Part shown: piece by piece, positions 47,794-60,838 of the stretch | Layout: every line of letters starts with the position of its first letter | How positions within the stretch are numbered: position 1 is the first letter of the stretch | From: Terriglobia bacterium | Lineage (GTDB): Bacteria > Acidobacteriota > Terriglobia > JAJPHL01 > JAPKYU01 | DNA length: 64,000 nt | Direction of reading: 5' to 3' | Assembly (NCBI GenBank): GCA_965223005.1 | Contig: CBDCVK010000002.1 | Coordinates: 256,001-320,000 of the forward strand | Translations under genes and position numbers: made by a program | Notes under the pieces: generated by a model | Seen by the model: only the letters and a program-made list of their open reading frames with translations | Database searches by the model: none | What the model was told of the DNA's origin: nothing

Positions 47794-48513
47794 CTAAATC
47801 GAGGGGCGGCCGCGGCAGAGTTCGGTGATCGGGTCGGCGACCAGCAGCATTTCTTTCAGCAAGAACGGCTCGCCGTATTTCACTCCCGCCATCATGCCGT
47901 AGAAGCGGGCCAGAGCCTCGACCCGCTGGCACAACTCGTCTTGCGAGGGAAACAGGTCCTTCCCCTCGGCCTGGTCGTCGTACTGCGAGTGGTAAGCCAG
48001 CAGGGCCTGGAGACGCCGCTCGAACTGGTTGGTGATGTCCACTACAAACGAGGGCCGCACTTCGTAGTAGAGCGTACAATACAGAATCTTGTGTGGCCGG
48101 TGCGGCTCTCCCTGCAGTTCGAGCTTCTTCAGGCCGGCCAGAAAGCAGGCTTCATAGCCCAGCGTGCTGGCGGTGTAATGGTCGGGATGGCGCCCCTGCC
48201 AGTAGGGGAGGACCACAAGCCGCGGGCGAAGCTGGCGGATCTTGGCCGCCAGCTTCAGGCGGTTCTCATGGGTGTTTTCCACGCGGGCGTCGGGTAAGCT
48301 GAGGGTCTCGCGCCAGTGAACGCTCAGCAAGCGCGCCGATTCCTGTGCCTCGCGGGCCCGCTGCTCGACGGTGCCGCGGGTACCCATCTCGCCCGATGTC
48401 AGGTCCAGGATGCCCGTGCGGTAGCCCGCCTCGGACAGCTTCAGCAACGTGCCCCCGCAGGTCTGCTCCGTGTCATCGCGGTGGGCGGCAATTGACAGTG
48501 CGTCAACAGTCAT
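47794..48513 (-). CDS. bshB1: Bacillithiol biosynthesis deacetylase BshB1 (PIG-L family)
   Basis: AHRDDTE, ILDLTSGEMGTRG, RHPDH, FVVDIT, GVKYGEPF. Confidence 0.82.
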   Translation of the reverse strand: MTVDALSIAAHRDDTEQTCGGTLLKLSEAGYRTGILDLTSGEMGTRGTVEQRAREAQESARLLSVHWRETLSLPDARVENTHENRLKLAAKIRQLRPRLVVLPYWQGRHPDHYTASTLGYEACFLAGLKKLELQGEPHRPHKILYCTLYYEVRPSFVVDITNQFERRLQALLAYHSQYDDQAEGKDLFPSQDELCQRVEALARFYGMMAGVKYGEPFLLKEMLLVADPITELCRGRPSI

Positions 48514-48528
48514 CGCAGACAGAATGAT

Positions 48529-48610
48529 TTACCACGGATGAACACAGATAAATCCGGATTTGTTGGTCTGGAGGTTCGTGGAAACCACTGCTACGCTCAT
48601 CTGCGTTTTG
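48529..48610. repeat. Degenerate 10-mer extragenic repeat (CACGGATGAA type) with a partial inverted copy
   Basis: CACGGATGAA-CACAGATAAA-TCCGGAT, then CATCTGCGTT near 48598. Confidence 0.5.
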
Positions 48611-48617
48611 CCAGAAG

Positions 48618-48866
48618 TTAATGCTTGAGGCGCCGCAGCAACTGCCTGGGCTCAACGCGGTACTTGAAGGCCTTCCGTCCGTTGATAAATATGACTGGAA
48701 CCTCGTTGGTGAACCTGGCTTGCAGTTCGGGGTCCAGATCAATATCCAGGATTTTCAGGCGAAATTCCGCTACCTCCCTCAAGCTGTCAATCACCTGCTT
48801 GGCATCTTCGCAGAGGTGGCATCCCTGGCGCGTGTAGAGGGTCACCTCCGGTCGGTGTGGCTCCAT
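48618..48866 (-). CDS. Glutaredoxin-like protein (DUF836)
   Basis: VTLYTRQGCHLCEDA (CxxC), DIDLDPEL, VPVIFING. Confidence 0.88.
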   Translation of the reverse strand: MEPHRPEVTLYTRQGCHLCEDAKQVIDSLREVAEFRLKILDIDLDPELQARFTNEVPVIFINGRKAFKYRVEPRQLLRRLKH

Positions 48867-48913
48867 TCCTTTGCCCGCGACCGTGGACTTTGGACCTCGG
48901 GACTCTTCAGGGC

Positions 48914-49618
48914 TCACCACTCGGTGTAGCGCCGCACTTGGCGCCGGCGACCCACGACCTTGACAAGCGCCAGGCCGGCGAAAAAGCCGCCCACGTGCGC
49001 CCACCATGCTACGCCGCCCTGATTCAAAGCAACGGCTGTGCCTAGGGTGGTCAGGCCGGAAACGACCTGGATTACGATCCAGTAGAGCAGAATGACCCAC
49101 GCGGGCAACTCCCTGATGAAGATCAGGAAAAAGGGGATCAGCGTGAGCACCCGTGCGCCGGGGAACAGTACCATGTAGGCACCCATGACTCCGGCAATGG
49201 CGCCGCTGGCACCCACGCTGGGAATCTGCGACGACGGGTTGGCGAAAATGTGCGCCAGGCTGGCCACCAACCCGCAGGCCAGGTAGAAGGCAAGGTAGCG
49301 GAAGTGGCCTAGTTGGTCTTCCAAGTTGTCGCCGAAGATCCACAGGAACCACATGTTGCCGAGCAGGTGCAGAACCCCGGCGTGCAGAAACATGGAAGTC
49401 AGCAGCGGCGGAATGGCCCCCTGGGCCGTCGGCACCGCTGGGTCTGCCATAAACCGCCCAAACTGCAGGGGAACTACTCCGTTCTGGGCGAAGAAGTACT
49501 CCAGGCTGAAGGGATCCAACCGCCACTGGTAGACGAAAACCAGCACGTTGACCACGATGAGGCCCACGGTGATGAACGGCGCCGAGTAGCGGGGCGCGTT
49601 GTCGCGCAGTGGGATCAT
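48914..49618 (-). CDS. Rhomboid family intramembrane serine protease
   Basis: MIPLRD, TSMFLHAGVLHLLGNMWFLWIFGDNLED, GASG, AWWAHVGGF. Confidence 0.93.
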   Translation of the reverse strand: MIPLRDNAPRYSAPFITVGLIVVNVLVFVYQWRLDPFSLEYFFAQNGVVPLQFGRFMADPAVPTAQGAIPPLLTSMFLHAGVLHLLGNMWFLWIFGDNLEDQLGHFRYLAFYLACGLVASLAHIFANPSSQIPSVGASGAIAGVMGAYMVLFPGARVLTLIPFFLIFIRELPAWVILLYWIVIQVVSGLTTLGTAVALNQGGVAWWAHVGGFFAGLALVKVVGRRRQVRRYTEW

Positions 49619-50562
49619 CGGACCATGTATTCGTGGTTGGCCTTGCGGGGAGCGCCCTGCATCAGAGCCAGCGCCTCGGACAGAGCAGGAATGCCGCCGC
49701 GAGCTCCAAATTTGGTGCAACTCAACGACGCCACGGCGCAAGAAAAATCCAACGCCTGCTCCAGCGGCCAACCTTCCAGCAGGGCGTAGCAGAAGGCGCC
49801 GTGAAAGACGTCGCCGGCCCCGGTGGTATCCACGGGGTCCACTTCATAGGCGGGGCGATAGAGGTAGCCGGACTCGGACAAGGCCAGCACGCCGTCGGCG
49901 CCCAGCGTCATGGCCGCCACCTGCAGCTGAAACTCCACGCGCAAGATTTCCAGGGCCTTAAAGGGGTCGTGCTCCCCGGTGTAACGCTTGGGAAAGATGG
50001 CGGAACATATGAAATAGTCCACGTACTGGAGCAGCCGGTCTGCATCGTCGCGCAGGGTGTCCATGTCGCAGGTGACCGGGATGCCGGCCTGTTGCGCCCA
50101 GGACGCGACCAGCGACGTGGAGCCGACATCATGGCCGTCCACGTGCAGCATGCGTCCCGCGCAGACCTGCTCGCGCGACAGCTTTTCCGGCTGCAAGACC
50201 AGCCGCGGGTGCCGGTACCACAGCACGGTGCGCTCGCCCGTGCGTTGGTCAATCAGGATGTAGGCACTCTGGTTAGGGCAGCCCGATATCTCCTGCACGT
50301 CGCTGATGTCTACCTCGGTGCATCGAAGGCTTTCGATCTGGAACCTCGCTCGCTCGTCATCCCCCACAACCCCGATGTACTTGCAGCGCTTGCCGAGCTT
50401 CTGGCAGGCGATCACGGCCGTCGCTACGTTCCCTCCGGCTTCCGTCCGCTCTTCTAAATAGGCCATCTTGGTGTTGTATTCCGGGTAGTGAGGAACGATG
50501 ATGACGGTGTCGGTGGCATTGGCACCCATGCCAACCAGATCAAAGTGGGAGTTGGGCTTCAT
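49615..50562 (-). CDS. PfkB/ribokinase family carbohydrate kinase
   Basis: GGNVATA, GVVGDD, TLGADG, DTTGAGDVFHG. Confidence 0.92.
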   Translation of the reverse strand: MKPNSHFDLVGMGANATDTVIIVPHYPEYNTKMAYLEERTEAGGNVATAVIACQKLGKRCKYIGVVGDDERARFQIESLRCTEVDISDVQEISGCPNQSAYILIDQRTGERTVLWYRHPRLVLQPEKLSREQVCAGRMLHVDGHDVGSTSLVASWAQQAGIPVTCDMDTLRDDADRLLQYVDYFICSAIFPKRYTGEHDPFKALEILRVEFQLQVAAMTLGADGVLALSESGYLYRPAYEVDPVDTTGAGDVFHGAFCYALLEGWPLEQALDFSCAVASLSCTKFGARGGIPALSEALALMQGAPRKANHEYMVR

Positions 50563-50762
50563 CTTCTCCTGTGCGAGCGATGATTGTATCACGCGGGTTG
50601 CGGCGCCAACAGCCGAGCGCAGGCCAGGGGTACCAGCTTGAGTTCGCGCGGCATCTCGGACCTGTTCGCCGCCGCGGGTTGCGTTTGCCGGAAGCCATGT
50701 GGTAGCTTCGGCTGTTGGCGACGCGCTGTGCGGGCGGCGGTCGAAGAAGCGCCACAGGCGCC

Positions 50763-51518
50763 ATGCCGGCCAGGGAAACCGAAGCGATTATTCTGCGGAC
50801 CTATCCCCTGAAGGAGGCTGACAAGATCGTCAGCTTTTTTTCCCGCACTTACGGCAAGACTCGGGGGGTGGCGCCCCGGTCACGGCGGCTTCGCAGCCGC
50901 TTCGGGACGGGGCTGGAGCCGCTGTCGCACGTCCGCCTCTGGTACTTCGAGCGAGAGACGAGCGAGCTAGTCAACATTGACTCCTGCGAGCTGATCCGCT
51001 CCTACTTCGAGATCCAGAAGGACTACGCCGCCGCGGTGGCCTGCGGCTACCTGGCAGAAGTTTGCGAGCAACTGCTGCCGGAGCGTGAGCCCAACGATGC
51101 GCTGTTTCGCTTGCTGCTGGTGGCGCTGGAAAGTCTGCGGCTCACGGGACATATCTGGCCGGCGTTAACCTACTACGACCTGTGGGTGGTGCGGCTGGCC
51201 GGGCTGCTGCCCTCCCTGGAACGCTGCACCGGTTGCGGGGCGGAACTGGAACCTGGCGCGGCAGCCTTTTTCCAGGCTTACTCGATGGGCTTGCATTGCG
51301 CGGCCTGCCGGCCCGGCGGGGCGCAAGAACTGGCCCCGGCCTCGCGTGCGCTGGCCAGGAAAATGTTGCGGGTGTCGCTGGACCGACTGGGCCCCAGCGA
51401 CTGGCACAAGGGGGTGGCTGCCGACTTGCGTCGCTTCCTCGAGCAGCGCATCGAAGCTCACGTCGAGCGCAGACTCGTGACCCGCGCCGCACTCGAGAGA
51501 TTTGACGATTCTGATTGA
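50763..51518 (+). CDS. recO: DNA repair protein RecO
   Basis: EAIILRTYPLKEADKIVSFFSR, RFGTGLEP, CTGC...CAAC zinc finger; upstream of glyQ. Confidence 0.93.
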   Translation: MPARETEAIILRTYPLKEADKIVSFFSRTYGKTRGVAPRSRRLRSRFGTGLEPLSHVRLWYFERETSELVNIDSCELIRSYFEIQKDYAAAVACGYLAEVCEQLLPEREPNDALFRLLLVALESLRLTGHIWPALTYYDLWVVRLAGLLPSLERCTGCGAELEPGAAAFFQAYSMGLHCAACRPGGAQELAPASRALARKMLRVSLDRLGPSDWHKGVAADLRRFLEQRIEAHVERRLVTRAALERFDDSD

Positions 51519-51610
51519 ATCATTGACGATCGATCCATTGGCCGATTGGTTCCGAGCCGTTCAGTCGGCAATGAATCAACCTTCAATGGGACAATCATCA
51601 CTCAACCAAT
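51513..51610. repeat. Inverted array of ~8-nt ATTG / CAAT units
   Basis: ATTG-like units at 51514, 51522, 51529, 51537, 51545; CAAT-like units at 51569, 51577, 51584, 51592, 51607. Confidence 0.55.
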
Positions 51611-52586
51611 GAGCTTGAGTTTCCAGGACCTGATTTTTCAGCTCCAAAAATTCTGGGCCGATCAAGGGTGCGTCATCCAGACGCCTTACGACGTGGAGGT
51701 CGGCGCTGGCACGATGTGCCCGGAGACATTCCTGCGGGTGCTGGGTCCGGAGCCCTACCGGGTGGCCTACGTGCAGCCGAGCCGGCGGCCTGCCGACGGA
51801 CGCTACGGCGACAACCCCAACCGCCTCTACAAGCACTTGCAGCTTCAGGTGGTCCTGAAGCCAACTCCGCCCGACGTCCAGGACCTGTACCTGAAGAGCC
51901 TGCAGCGCATCGGCATTCACCTGCGGCATCACGACATCAAGTTCGAAGAGGACAACTGGGAGGCGCCCACCCTGGGGGCCTGGGGCATTGGCTGGCAGGT
52001 GATGCTGGACGGTTTGGAAATCACCCAGTTCACCTACTTCCAGCAATGCGGCGGCTTCGACCTTGACCCGGTGCCGGTGGAGCTGACCTACGGGCTGGAG
52101 CGCATCGCCGCCTTCCTGCAGGACGTAGACAGCGTCTACGACATCGCCTGGAACGCGCCGGCCCGCGGTGGGCAGGTCTACACCTATCGCGACGTGCGCC
52201 ACGCCGAAGAACTGCAGTTCTCGGTGTACAACTTCGAGAAGGCCGACATCGGCTCGCTCTGGCAGGCGTTCGAACTGCACGAGAACGAATGCCACCGTCT
52301 GCTGCGCGAACATGAGGGCGCGCGAGACCCGGCCGAGAAGCACCGCTTCCCCGTGCTGGCCGCCTACGACCTGGTGCTGAAGTGCTCGCACCTGTTCAAC
52401 CTGCTGGACTCGCGCGGGGCCATCAGCGTGACCGAGCGGGTGGCGGTCATCGGCCGCGTGCGCGAGCTGGCGGTTGGGGTAGCCCGGGCCTGGGTGGGGC
52501 AGCATGCAACCGAGCCACTGGTCCAGCAGCGGGATGCTGCCGACAGCGCAGGGATTCCCAAGGAGGCCGGGACCGTTGCCGACTAA
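51609..52586 (+). CDS. glyQ: Glycine--tRNA ligase alpha subunit
   Basis: [52 protein letters not shown]. Confidence 0.97.
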   Translation: MSLSFQDLIFQLQKFWADQGCVIQTPYDVEVGAGTMCPETFLRVLGPEPYRVAYVQPSRRPADGRYGDNPNRLYKHLQLQVVLKPTPPDVQDLYLKSLQRIGIHLRHHDIKFEEDNWEAPTLGAWGIGWQVMLDGLEITQFTYFQQCGGFDLDPVPVELTYGLERIAAFLQDVDSVYDIAWNAPARGGQVYTYRDVRHAEELQFSVYNFEKADIGSLWQAFELHENECHRLLREHEGARDPAEKHRFPVLAAYDLVLKCSHLFNLLDSRGAISVTERVAVIGRVRELAVGVARAWVGQHATEPLVQQRDAADSAGIPKEAGTVAD

Positions 52587-54657
52587 CGAATTCCTCCTGG
52601 AGATCGGCACCGAAGAAATACCAGCCTGGATGATTGAGGGTGCTCTTCTCGACCTGCGCAACTGGCTCAGGGCCCTTTTCTCAACCAATCTCCCTTTCAA
52701 TAAGTCGCTGGCAATTGACACCTACGGCACTCCTCGTCGCCTTGTGGCTCATGTGTCGGACCTTCCACCTCAACAGCCTGATGCCGAGGAGCTTCTAATA
52801 GGGCCTCCAAAAAGCGCCCCGGACCAAGCTGTCGAGGGCTTTGCGCGCAAGCACGCTGTGCCACGCAAGAAGCTGCGACTTGAGAGCCAACCGAAGGGTG
52901 AGTACTGGGTGCTTCGCAAGAGAAAAAAGGGAGAGAAAACCACGGACATCCTCGCAAGACAGCTGCCGCACGGCATTCTCAGCATTCGCTTTGCTAAGGC
53001 GATGTACTGGAGACCAGAGAGGGAACGTTTTGTGCGGCCCATCCGCTGGCTGATGGCGCTCTACGAGGGCCGTGTGGTGCCGTTCTCGATCGTCGGGGTG
53101 CCCAGCAGCCGCTACACGTTCGGCCATCGAGCGACAGGGAAGGGCAGGCTGAAAGTAACCGACTTTGAACAATACGCGCGCGTGCTCCGAGAGAACGGTG
53201 TGCTTCTGAAGCCGTCCGAGCGCCGCGCAAAAATCCTGGCTGAGGCCAATGTCTTACTGCAGCGCGAGAGTGACGGCTTGCGGTTCCGCGACAATCCGGA
53301 GCTGTTGGATACACTGGTGTACCTGACCGAATTTCCCACGGCAGCGATAGGCCAATTTGACGCCGCTTACTTGGAGTTGCCGGAGGAGGTGCTGGTGACG
53401 GTGATGCAGCACCACCAGAAGTACCTATCAGTCTCGGATGCTAAAGGGCGGCTCGCGCCGCGGTTCATCTTCGTGATGAACCTGTTCGTGATAAACCAGG
53501 ACGGCGACCCGAAGGGCCACATTCGGCACGGCAATGAGCGCGTGCTGCGCGCTCGCTTCAATGACGCGCGATTCTTCTGGGAAACGGACCAGAAGATTCC
53601 GATGCGTGACCGTCTGGCGCTGCTGGAACACGTCACCTTTCAGTCGCAATTGGGCAACTACCGGCAGAAGACGGAACGCAACATGGCGCTCGTGAAGAGG
53701 TTGTCGGACTCCGTGCCGCGGGCGTCCGTGGAAGCTGCAGTCCGAGCTGCCGAGCTGGCTAAATGCGACCTCACCACGGAGCTGGTGAAAGAGTTCACTG
53801 AGTTGCAGGGGTTGGTTGGCGGTCTCTACGCGCGAGCGCAGGGCGAGCCGGGCGAAGTCGCCGACGCGATCTACGACCACTACAAGCCGGAGAGCATGGA
53901 GGACCGCTCGCCCCGCACACCAGCCGGGGCGCTGGTGGCTCTGGCCGATAAGCTAGACACATTGGCCGGTTGCTTTTCCGTTGGCCTGAAGCCCAGCGGT
54001 TCCAGTGACCCCTTGGCGCTGCGGCGGTTGGCTCAGGGAGTGGTCAAGATTCTGGCCGACCACGGACTGCGCGCCCGGCTGGAGGATTTAATTGCCGCTG
54101 CGCAACCCACTCCGGAAGCCGCTCGTGACTTGCGCGACTTCTTTCTGGATCGGCTCCGCTACTACCTGCGCGAGGTGCGCAGTTTCCGCTACGACGAGGT
54201 GAATGCGGTTCTCGCTGGCTCCTCCGGTGATGTGCCGGATGCGGTTGCGCGGTGCCAAGCGGTTGCGCGCGTGCGGCCGACGGAAAACTTTGAGCCGCTC
54301 TCGGCGGCCTTCAAGCGCATCCGGAACATCCTGACGAAAGCTGGCGGTGCTGGTCAGTTTGCCGGCGAGCCAGACTCGTCGCTGCTGGAAGCGGGCGCCG
54401 AGGCCGATCTCTACGCTGAAGCTCGGCGTACTATTGAGGAAACCAAAGACAGCCTGGATTACGAAGCCGTGCTGCGGCGCATCGCAGGGTTGCGGCCCCA
54501 GGTGGATGCTTACTTTGACCAAGTTCTGGTGATGGCCAACGACGAGCGTGTTCGCCAGAATCGCCTGACCCTGCTGGCCTGGCTGTTGCGCGCCTTCACC
54601 CGGGTGGCCGATTTTTCTGAAATCGTCGTAAGCAAAGAACAAACTTCGACCGTTTAG
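52576..54657 (+). CDS. glyS: Glycine--tRNA ligase beta subunit
   Basis: AGGAGG RBS, TTG start; [46 protein letters not shown]. Confidence 0.95.
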   Translation: MPTNEFLLEIGTEEIPAWMIEGALLDLRNWLRALFSTNLPFNKSLAIDTYGTPRRLVAHVSDLPPQQPDAEELLIGPPKSAPDQAVEGFARKHAVPRKKLRLESQPKGEYWVLRKRKKGEKTTDILARQLPHGILSIRFAKAMYWRPERERFVRPIRWLMALYEGRVVPFSIVGVPSSRYTFGHRATGKGRLKVTDFEQYARVLRENGVLLKPSERRAKILAEANVLLQRESDGLRFRDNPELLDTLVYLTEFPTAAIGQFDAAYLELPEEVLVTVMQHHQKYLSVSDAKGRLAPRFIFVMNLFVINQDGDPKGHIRHGNERVLRARFNDARFFWETDQKIPMRDRLALLEHVTFQSQLGNYRQKTERNMALVKRLSDSVPRASVEAAVRAAELAKCDLTTELVKEFTELQGLVGGLYARAQGEPGEVADAIYDHYKPESMEDRSPRTPAGALVALADKLDTLAGCFSVGLKPSGSSDPLALRRLAQGVVKILADHGLRARLEDLIAAAQPTPEAARDLRDFFLDRLRYYLREVRSFRYDEVNAVLAGSSGDVPDAVARCQAVARVRPTENFEPLSAAFKRIRNILTKAGGAGQFAGEPDSSLLEAGAEADLYAEARRTIEETKDSLDYEAVLRRIAGLRPQVDAYFDQVLVMANDERVRQNRLTLLAWLLRAFTRVADFSEIVVSKEQTSTV

Positions 54658-54668
54658 GGAGTAGGGCA

Positions 54669-57377
<2,709 letters not shown>

Positions 57378-57487
57378 CGACAGGCAAACCGCTCTACGCC
57401 TCTCCTTTTGATTTCTATACGACTCTCCGAATTCGTCTGGCGCCTGATTGGGCCTGTGTATCTTTAAGCTTGTCACCAGCGAGCTTG

Positions 57488-60115
57488 TCACAAGCGGAAT
57501 TGCGGGGAAAAGGTTGGGGAATCGAGGTAGCGGAGGGCGTTGTGGAGCAACTGTGTGGAGAACGGATCGCGGCCGTAATTGCGGGTGAGCTGGAAAGTGG
57601 AAATCAACACCGCTCCCTGGCCCAGGCGCGCCTGGACCACGTAAGCCGCAGGCAAGTGGATCCACCCGACAAACATGCCCGCCAACACGTCCCGGGCGGC
57701 TGAAGTGGGAACATCCACCAGGACCAGTTCGGGCGTGGCCTGAGCTGCTTCCCAACCCAGCAGCCCGTTGCCGGGCGTTCCGGCAAACAGGGGCGAGTAC
57801 TTGCGGTACCAGTTGAAGTTGGTGATCCTGCTGCCCTCGCGCGGAGTACCGCGCCGCCGCTCAAGTTTCACCGCAGGCAGCGCTGGCAATGCCTCGGGGT
57901 GCTCGGCCAGCACCACCGCCTTGCCGCCGGCGGCCACGTACTGCCGCATTTGAGCATCGAACACCGTGGCCACCACCACTCGGCCCGGAGGCGCCTCGGC
58001 CAGGGTTTTCGCGCCCGGCAGCACTAGGTGTTTGGCGGGGTCGTGGACGTATACTTCCCTCGGCTCCACGGGCGCAGGGTAGGCAAATAGCTCCAGAGAA
58101 TTGCGGACCCGAGTTCCGGCATTCAACTTCACCAAGAACCTGCCCGGCGTGTGGATTTGCGGGATCTTGACGGCGATTTCGCCTACCGGCTTCACTTCCC
58201 CCCGTGCGATCTCGGGTAGCGGGAGGGAACCGCCCTGCTCGGTGCCTTCCAGCTCCCAAATGAGCACGGTGCCAGCGGTTGGTGACGCCGAGTAGTGCGA
58301 GAAGCTCACGGGGATCCGGATTTCGTCGCCCGCGAAAACATTGCGCGGGGCGATGCCGGGCAGGATGAGGTCGTCGGCCTGCAAGTCGGCCGAGACGGCG
58401 CCGAACACCTTCGGATTGCGGTCCATGTCCAGCAGGCCATTCGCTTCCCAATTCACGTCGGTGAACTGGGAGATCACATAGCCTTGGATGGCCGGCTCGG
58501 CGCGAATGACCTCGATTTGATGTTTGAGGGAACCCCATTGGTGCAATTGCGTGGCTTCTACCAGTGTTGCGTAATCCCTGAAGACCGCGTCAAGCTTCCA
58601 CTGGCGGAAGCGGTCCTCGACGCCAGCCGGGACCGTGATGGCTTGCTGAGAGCCAGGCCGGCCGCGCGAAAACCACCAGGGCGGCTTGTCCGGCAGCCGC
58701 GGCAACCCCCAGCTGCCGAATTCGGAAACCACCAGAGGCGCGTCGTCCCCTCCGCCATCGGAAGATGCACCGCGCGCGTCCGCGTGCACACTGTACAGCC
58801 ACTTGGGACGACTCCCGTACTGCTTCACCCAGGCCCCGAACATGGCGGCTTGGTCGGGGATGGAATTGTACCGGTGAAAATCGGCAATGTCGGTGTCCAG
58901 GTGAAAGTTGGAGCAGCAGGGGCTGTTGTCCACCACCAGCATCGGGGCGGCCAGCTTGCGGGCGCGCCCGACGAAGCTATCCAGGAAGGCGCGCTGGTCG
59001 GCGCGCCCCAGGTCAATCCCCCAGCTCTCGTTGAACAGGCTGACGATGACCAAGCTGGGGTGGTTGGCATCACGCTCCAGCATCCCGCGCAACGTCTCCT
59101 CGGCCCGCGTGCGCGAGTCCTCGGTGAGTCGATCGAAGTTGGGGATCTCATACCAGACCAACAGCCCGGCTTCGTCGGCTGCTTCGAGGTAGCGCGGATC
59201 GGGCACCTTGAGCTGACAGCGCAGCAGGTTCAAGCCGAGTTGGCGCGCTTTGCGGAACTGCTTTAGCAGGAACTCCTTGGACGGTGGGGTATAGATGCCT
59301 TCGGGGTAAAACCCCTGGTCCACCGCGCCCCTGATGTAGAACGGCTTGCCGTTCAGATAAAATTTCCCTTTGCGTTTTTCAAAGGTACGGAAGCCGAAGC
59401 GAGTCTCCACGTTGTCGCGTCCCCGGCGGACGCGGGCTGTGTACAGCTCAGGAGAAGCCGGCGACCAAAGCCGTGGTTTTTTCAGCTTCCCTTCCAGGTC
59501 GCCGCGGTGCACGACCCGGCCCCCGGGATCGCGGATCTCCAGGCGCGCTTTGCCTGCGGGCCGGACCTCCGCCCGGAAGGACCCGTCGGCACCAGCCGTG
59601 ATCCGGAACGACTCAATTCGGTCGCGAGGGCGCAGCTCCCAGGTCACGCTCTGCCACAAGCCGCTGACCTGCAGGTACCAGTTCTGCTTGCCGTGCGGAA
59701 TCTCGGGCTGCGAGCCAGGATCCTCCACGCGCACCAGAATCTCGTTCTCGCCGGGCTGGAGCAGATGCCCGATATCGAGGCTGAAAGGCAGGTAGCCGCC
59801 CTCGTGCCGGCCAGCCTCCCGGCCGTTGACCAGCACCACGGCCCTGTAGTCCACCGCTCCAAACTTCAGCAGCACCGTCCGCCCGCGGGTGGAACCGGGA
59901 GCGACAAAGCGCTTGCGGTACCAGGCCACGCCGGAGAAGTCCCGCAGGTCCTCGAACTGGGCCTGGATGGGCAGCGGTACCTTGGCAGTGCGCCAGGCGC
60001 CTACGTTGGTGCGGAACTCCCATTCCCCGTCCAGCGAGCGGCTGCGCACCGCCGACAGTCCTGCCGCCGAGGCGCACAGCACACACAACAGGGCGGTGAT
60101 GGCGATGCGCTTCAT
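57488..60115 (-). CDS. Glycoside hydrolase family 2 protein, secreted
   Basis: Signal peptide; FGAVDY, HEGGYLPF, FGFRT, NHPSLVIVSLFNESWG (acid/base Glu), VVSEFG (nucleophile Glu). Confidence 0.9.
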   Translation of the reverse strand: MKRIAITALLCVLCASAAGLSAVRSRSLDGEWEFRTNVGAWRTAKVPLPIQAQFEDLRDFSGVAWYRKRFVAPGSTRGRTVLLKFGAVDYRAVVLVNGREAGRHEGGYLPFSLDIGHLLQPGENEILVRVEDPGSQPEIPHGKQNWYLQVSGLWQSVTWELRPRDRIESFRITAGADGSFRAEVRPAGKARLEIRDPGGRVVHRGDLEGKLKKPRLWSPASPELYTARVRRGRDNVETRFGFRTFEKRKGKFYLNGKPFYIRGAVDQGFYPEGIYTPPSKEFLLKQFRKARQLGLNLLRCQLKVPDPRYLEAADEAGLLVWYEIPNFDRLTEDSRTRAEETLRGMLERDANHPSLVIVSLFNESWGIDLGRADQRAFLDSFVGRARKLAAPMLVVDNSPCCSNFHLDTDIADFHRYNSIPDQAAMFGAWVKQYGSRPKWLYSVHADARGASSDGGGDDAPLVVSEFGSWGLPRLPDKPPWWFSRGRPGSQQAITVPAGVEDRFRQWKLDAVFRDYATLVEATQLHQWGSLKHQIEVIRAEPAIQGYVISQFTDVNWEANGLLDMDRNPKVFGAVSADLQADDLILPGIAPRNVFAGDEIRIPVSFSHYSASPTAGTVLIWELEGTEQGGSLPLPEIARGEVKPVGEIAVKIPQIHTPGRFLVKLNAGTRVRNSLELFAYPAPVEPREVYVHDPAKHLVLPGAKTLAEAPPGRVVVATVFDAQMRQYVAAGGKAVVLAEHPEALPALPAVKLERRRGTPREGSRITNFNWYRKYSPLFAGTPGNGLLGWEAAQATPELVLVDVPTSAARDVLAGMFVGWIHLPAAYVVQARLGQGAVLISTFQLTRNYGRDPFSTQLLHNALRYLDSPTFSPQFRL

Positions 60116-60271
60116 GAAAGGTAGGGAATGATCTGGGGGCTCTTCAAAATCAGGTTTGCGTGCTTCTGGGCGCCTAACCCAACCCTGGCCAGATCGGCTT
60201 TCGCTGAACGGGTTGCGATCTTGGACATTTCTTTTCGGACAAAGATTGTAGCTGAGGCTGGCGTCTGATTC

Positions 60272-60838
60272 CTAGCGACGGCCAGGCAGGAGACTATACT
60301 TTTCCAGCACGACGTTCCACTTGCCCTGGGCGCGCAACAGCAGCTCCACAACTTCCCGCACGGCGCCCCGGCCGCCTTCGGCGCGCGTGATGTAGCGGGC
60401 GCACCGTTTGATCTCCGGGCGCGCATTGGCGACGGCCACCGGCAACCCCACACGCAGCAGGATGGGGGCATCGGTCAGGTCGTCACCGATGAAGCAGACG
60501 TTCTCTTCCGCTACGCCGCAATCTTGGAGGATTTCGCGAAAGGGACCGAGTTTGCTCAGGCAGTCCTGATAGAGGTAGGCGACCTGAAGGTTGCGCGCCC
60601 GCTCGCAGACTCCAGGCGACTGCCGGCCGCTGATCCAGCCGATCCGGACGCCGGCGAGTTCCTGGACCCAGCGCATCGCTATCCCATCCTGGCTGTCGAA
60701 CGCTTTGCTTTCCACCGCGCCGCCGCGCCCGTCCGGGACGTAGTACAGAAGGCCATCGGTCAACACACCATCCACGTCCATCAGCAGCAGGCGGATTCGT
60801 TTGGCCCGCTTCTTCAGCTCAGCAGAGGTTTTTCTCAT
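60272..60838 (-). CDS. kdsC: KDO 8-phosphate phosphatase (HAD, KdsC/YrbI family)
   Basis: LLMDVDGVLTDG, ISGR, FIGDDLTD, GGRGAVREV. Confidence 0.9.
   Translation of the reverse strand: MRKTSAELKKRAKRIRLLLMDVDGVLTDGLLYYVPDGRGGAVESKAFDSQDGIAMRWVQELAGVRIGWISGRQSPGVCERARNLQVAYLYQDCLSKLGPFREILQDCGVAEENVCFIGDDLTDAPILLRVGLPVAVANARPEIKRCARYITRAEGGRGAVREVVELLLRAQGKWNVVLEKYSLLPGRR

Noticed and set aside
51519-51608. T-box riboswitch upstream of glyQS
   Set aside because: Spacer is only 90 nt and lacks the GGTGGNACCGCG T-box and terminator.
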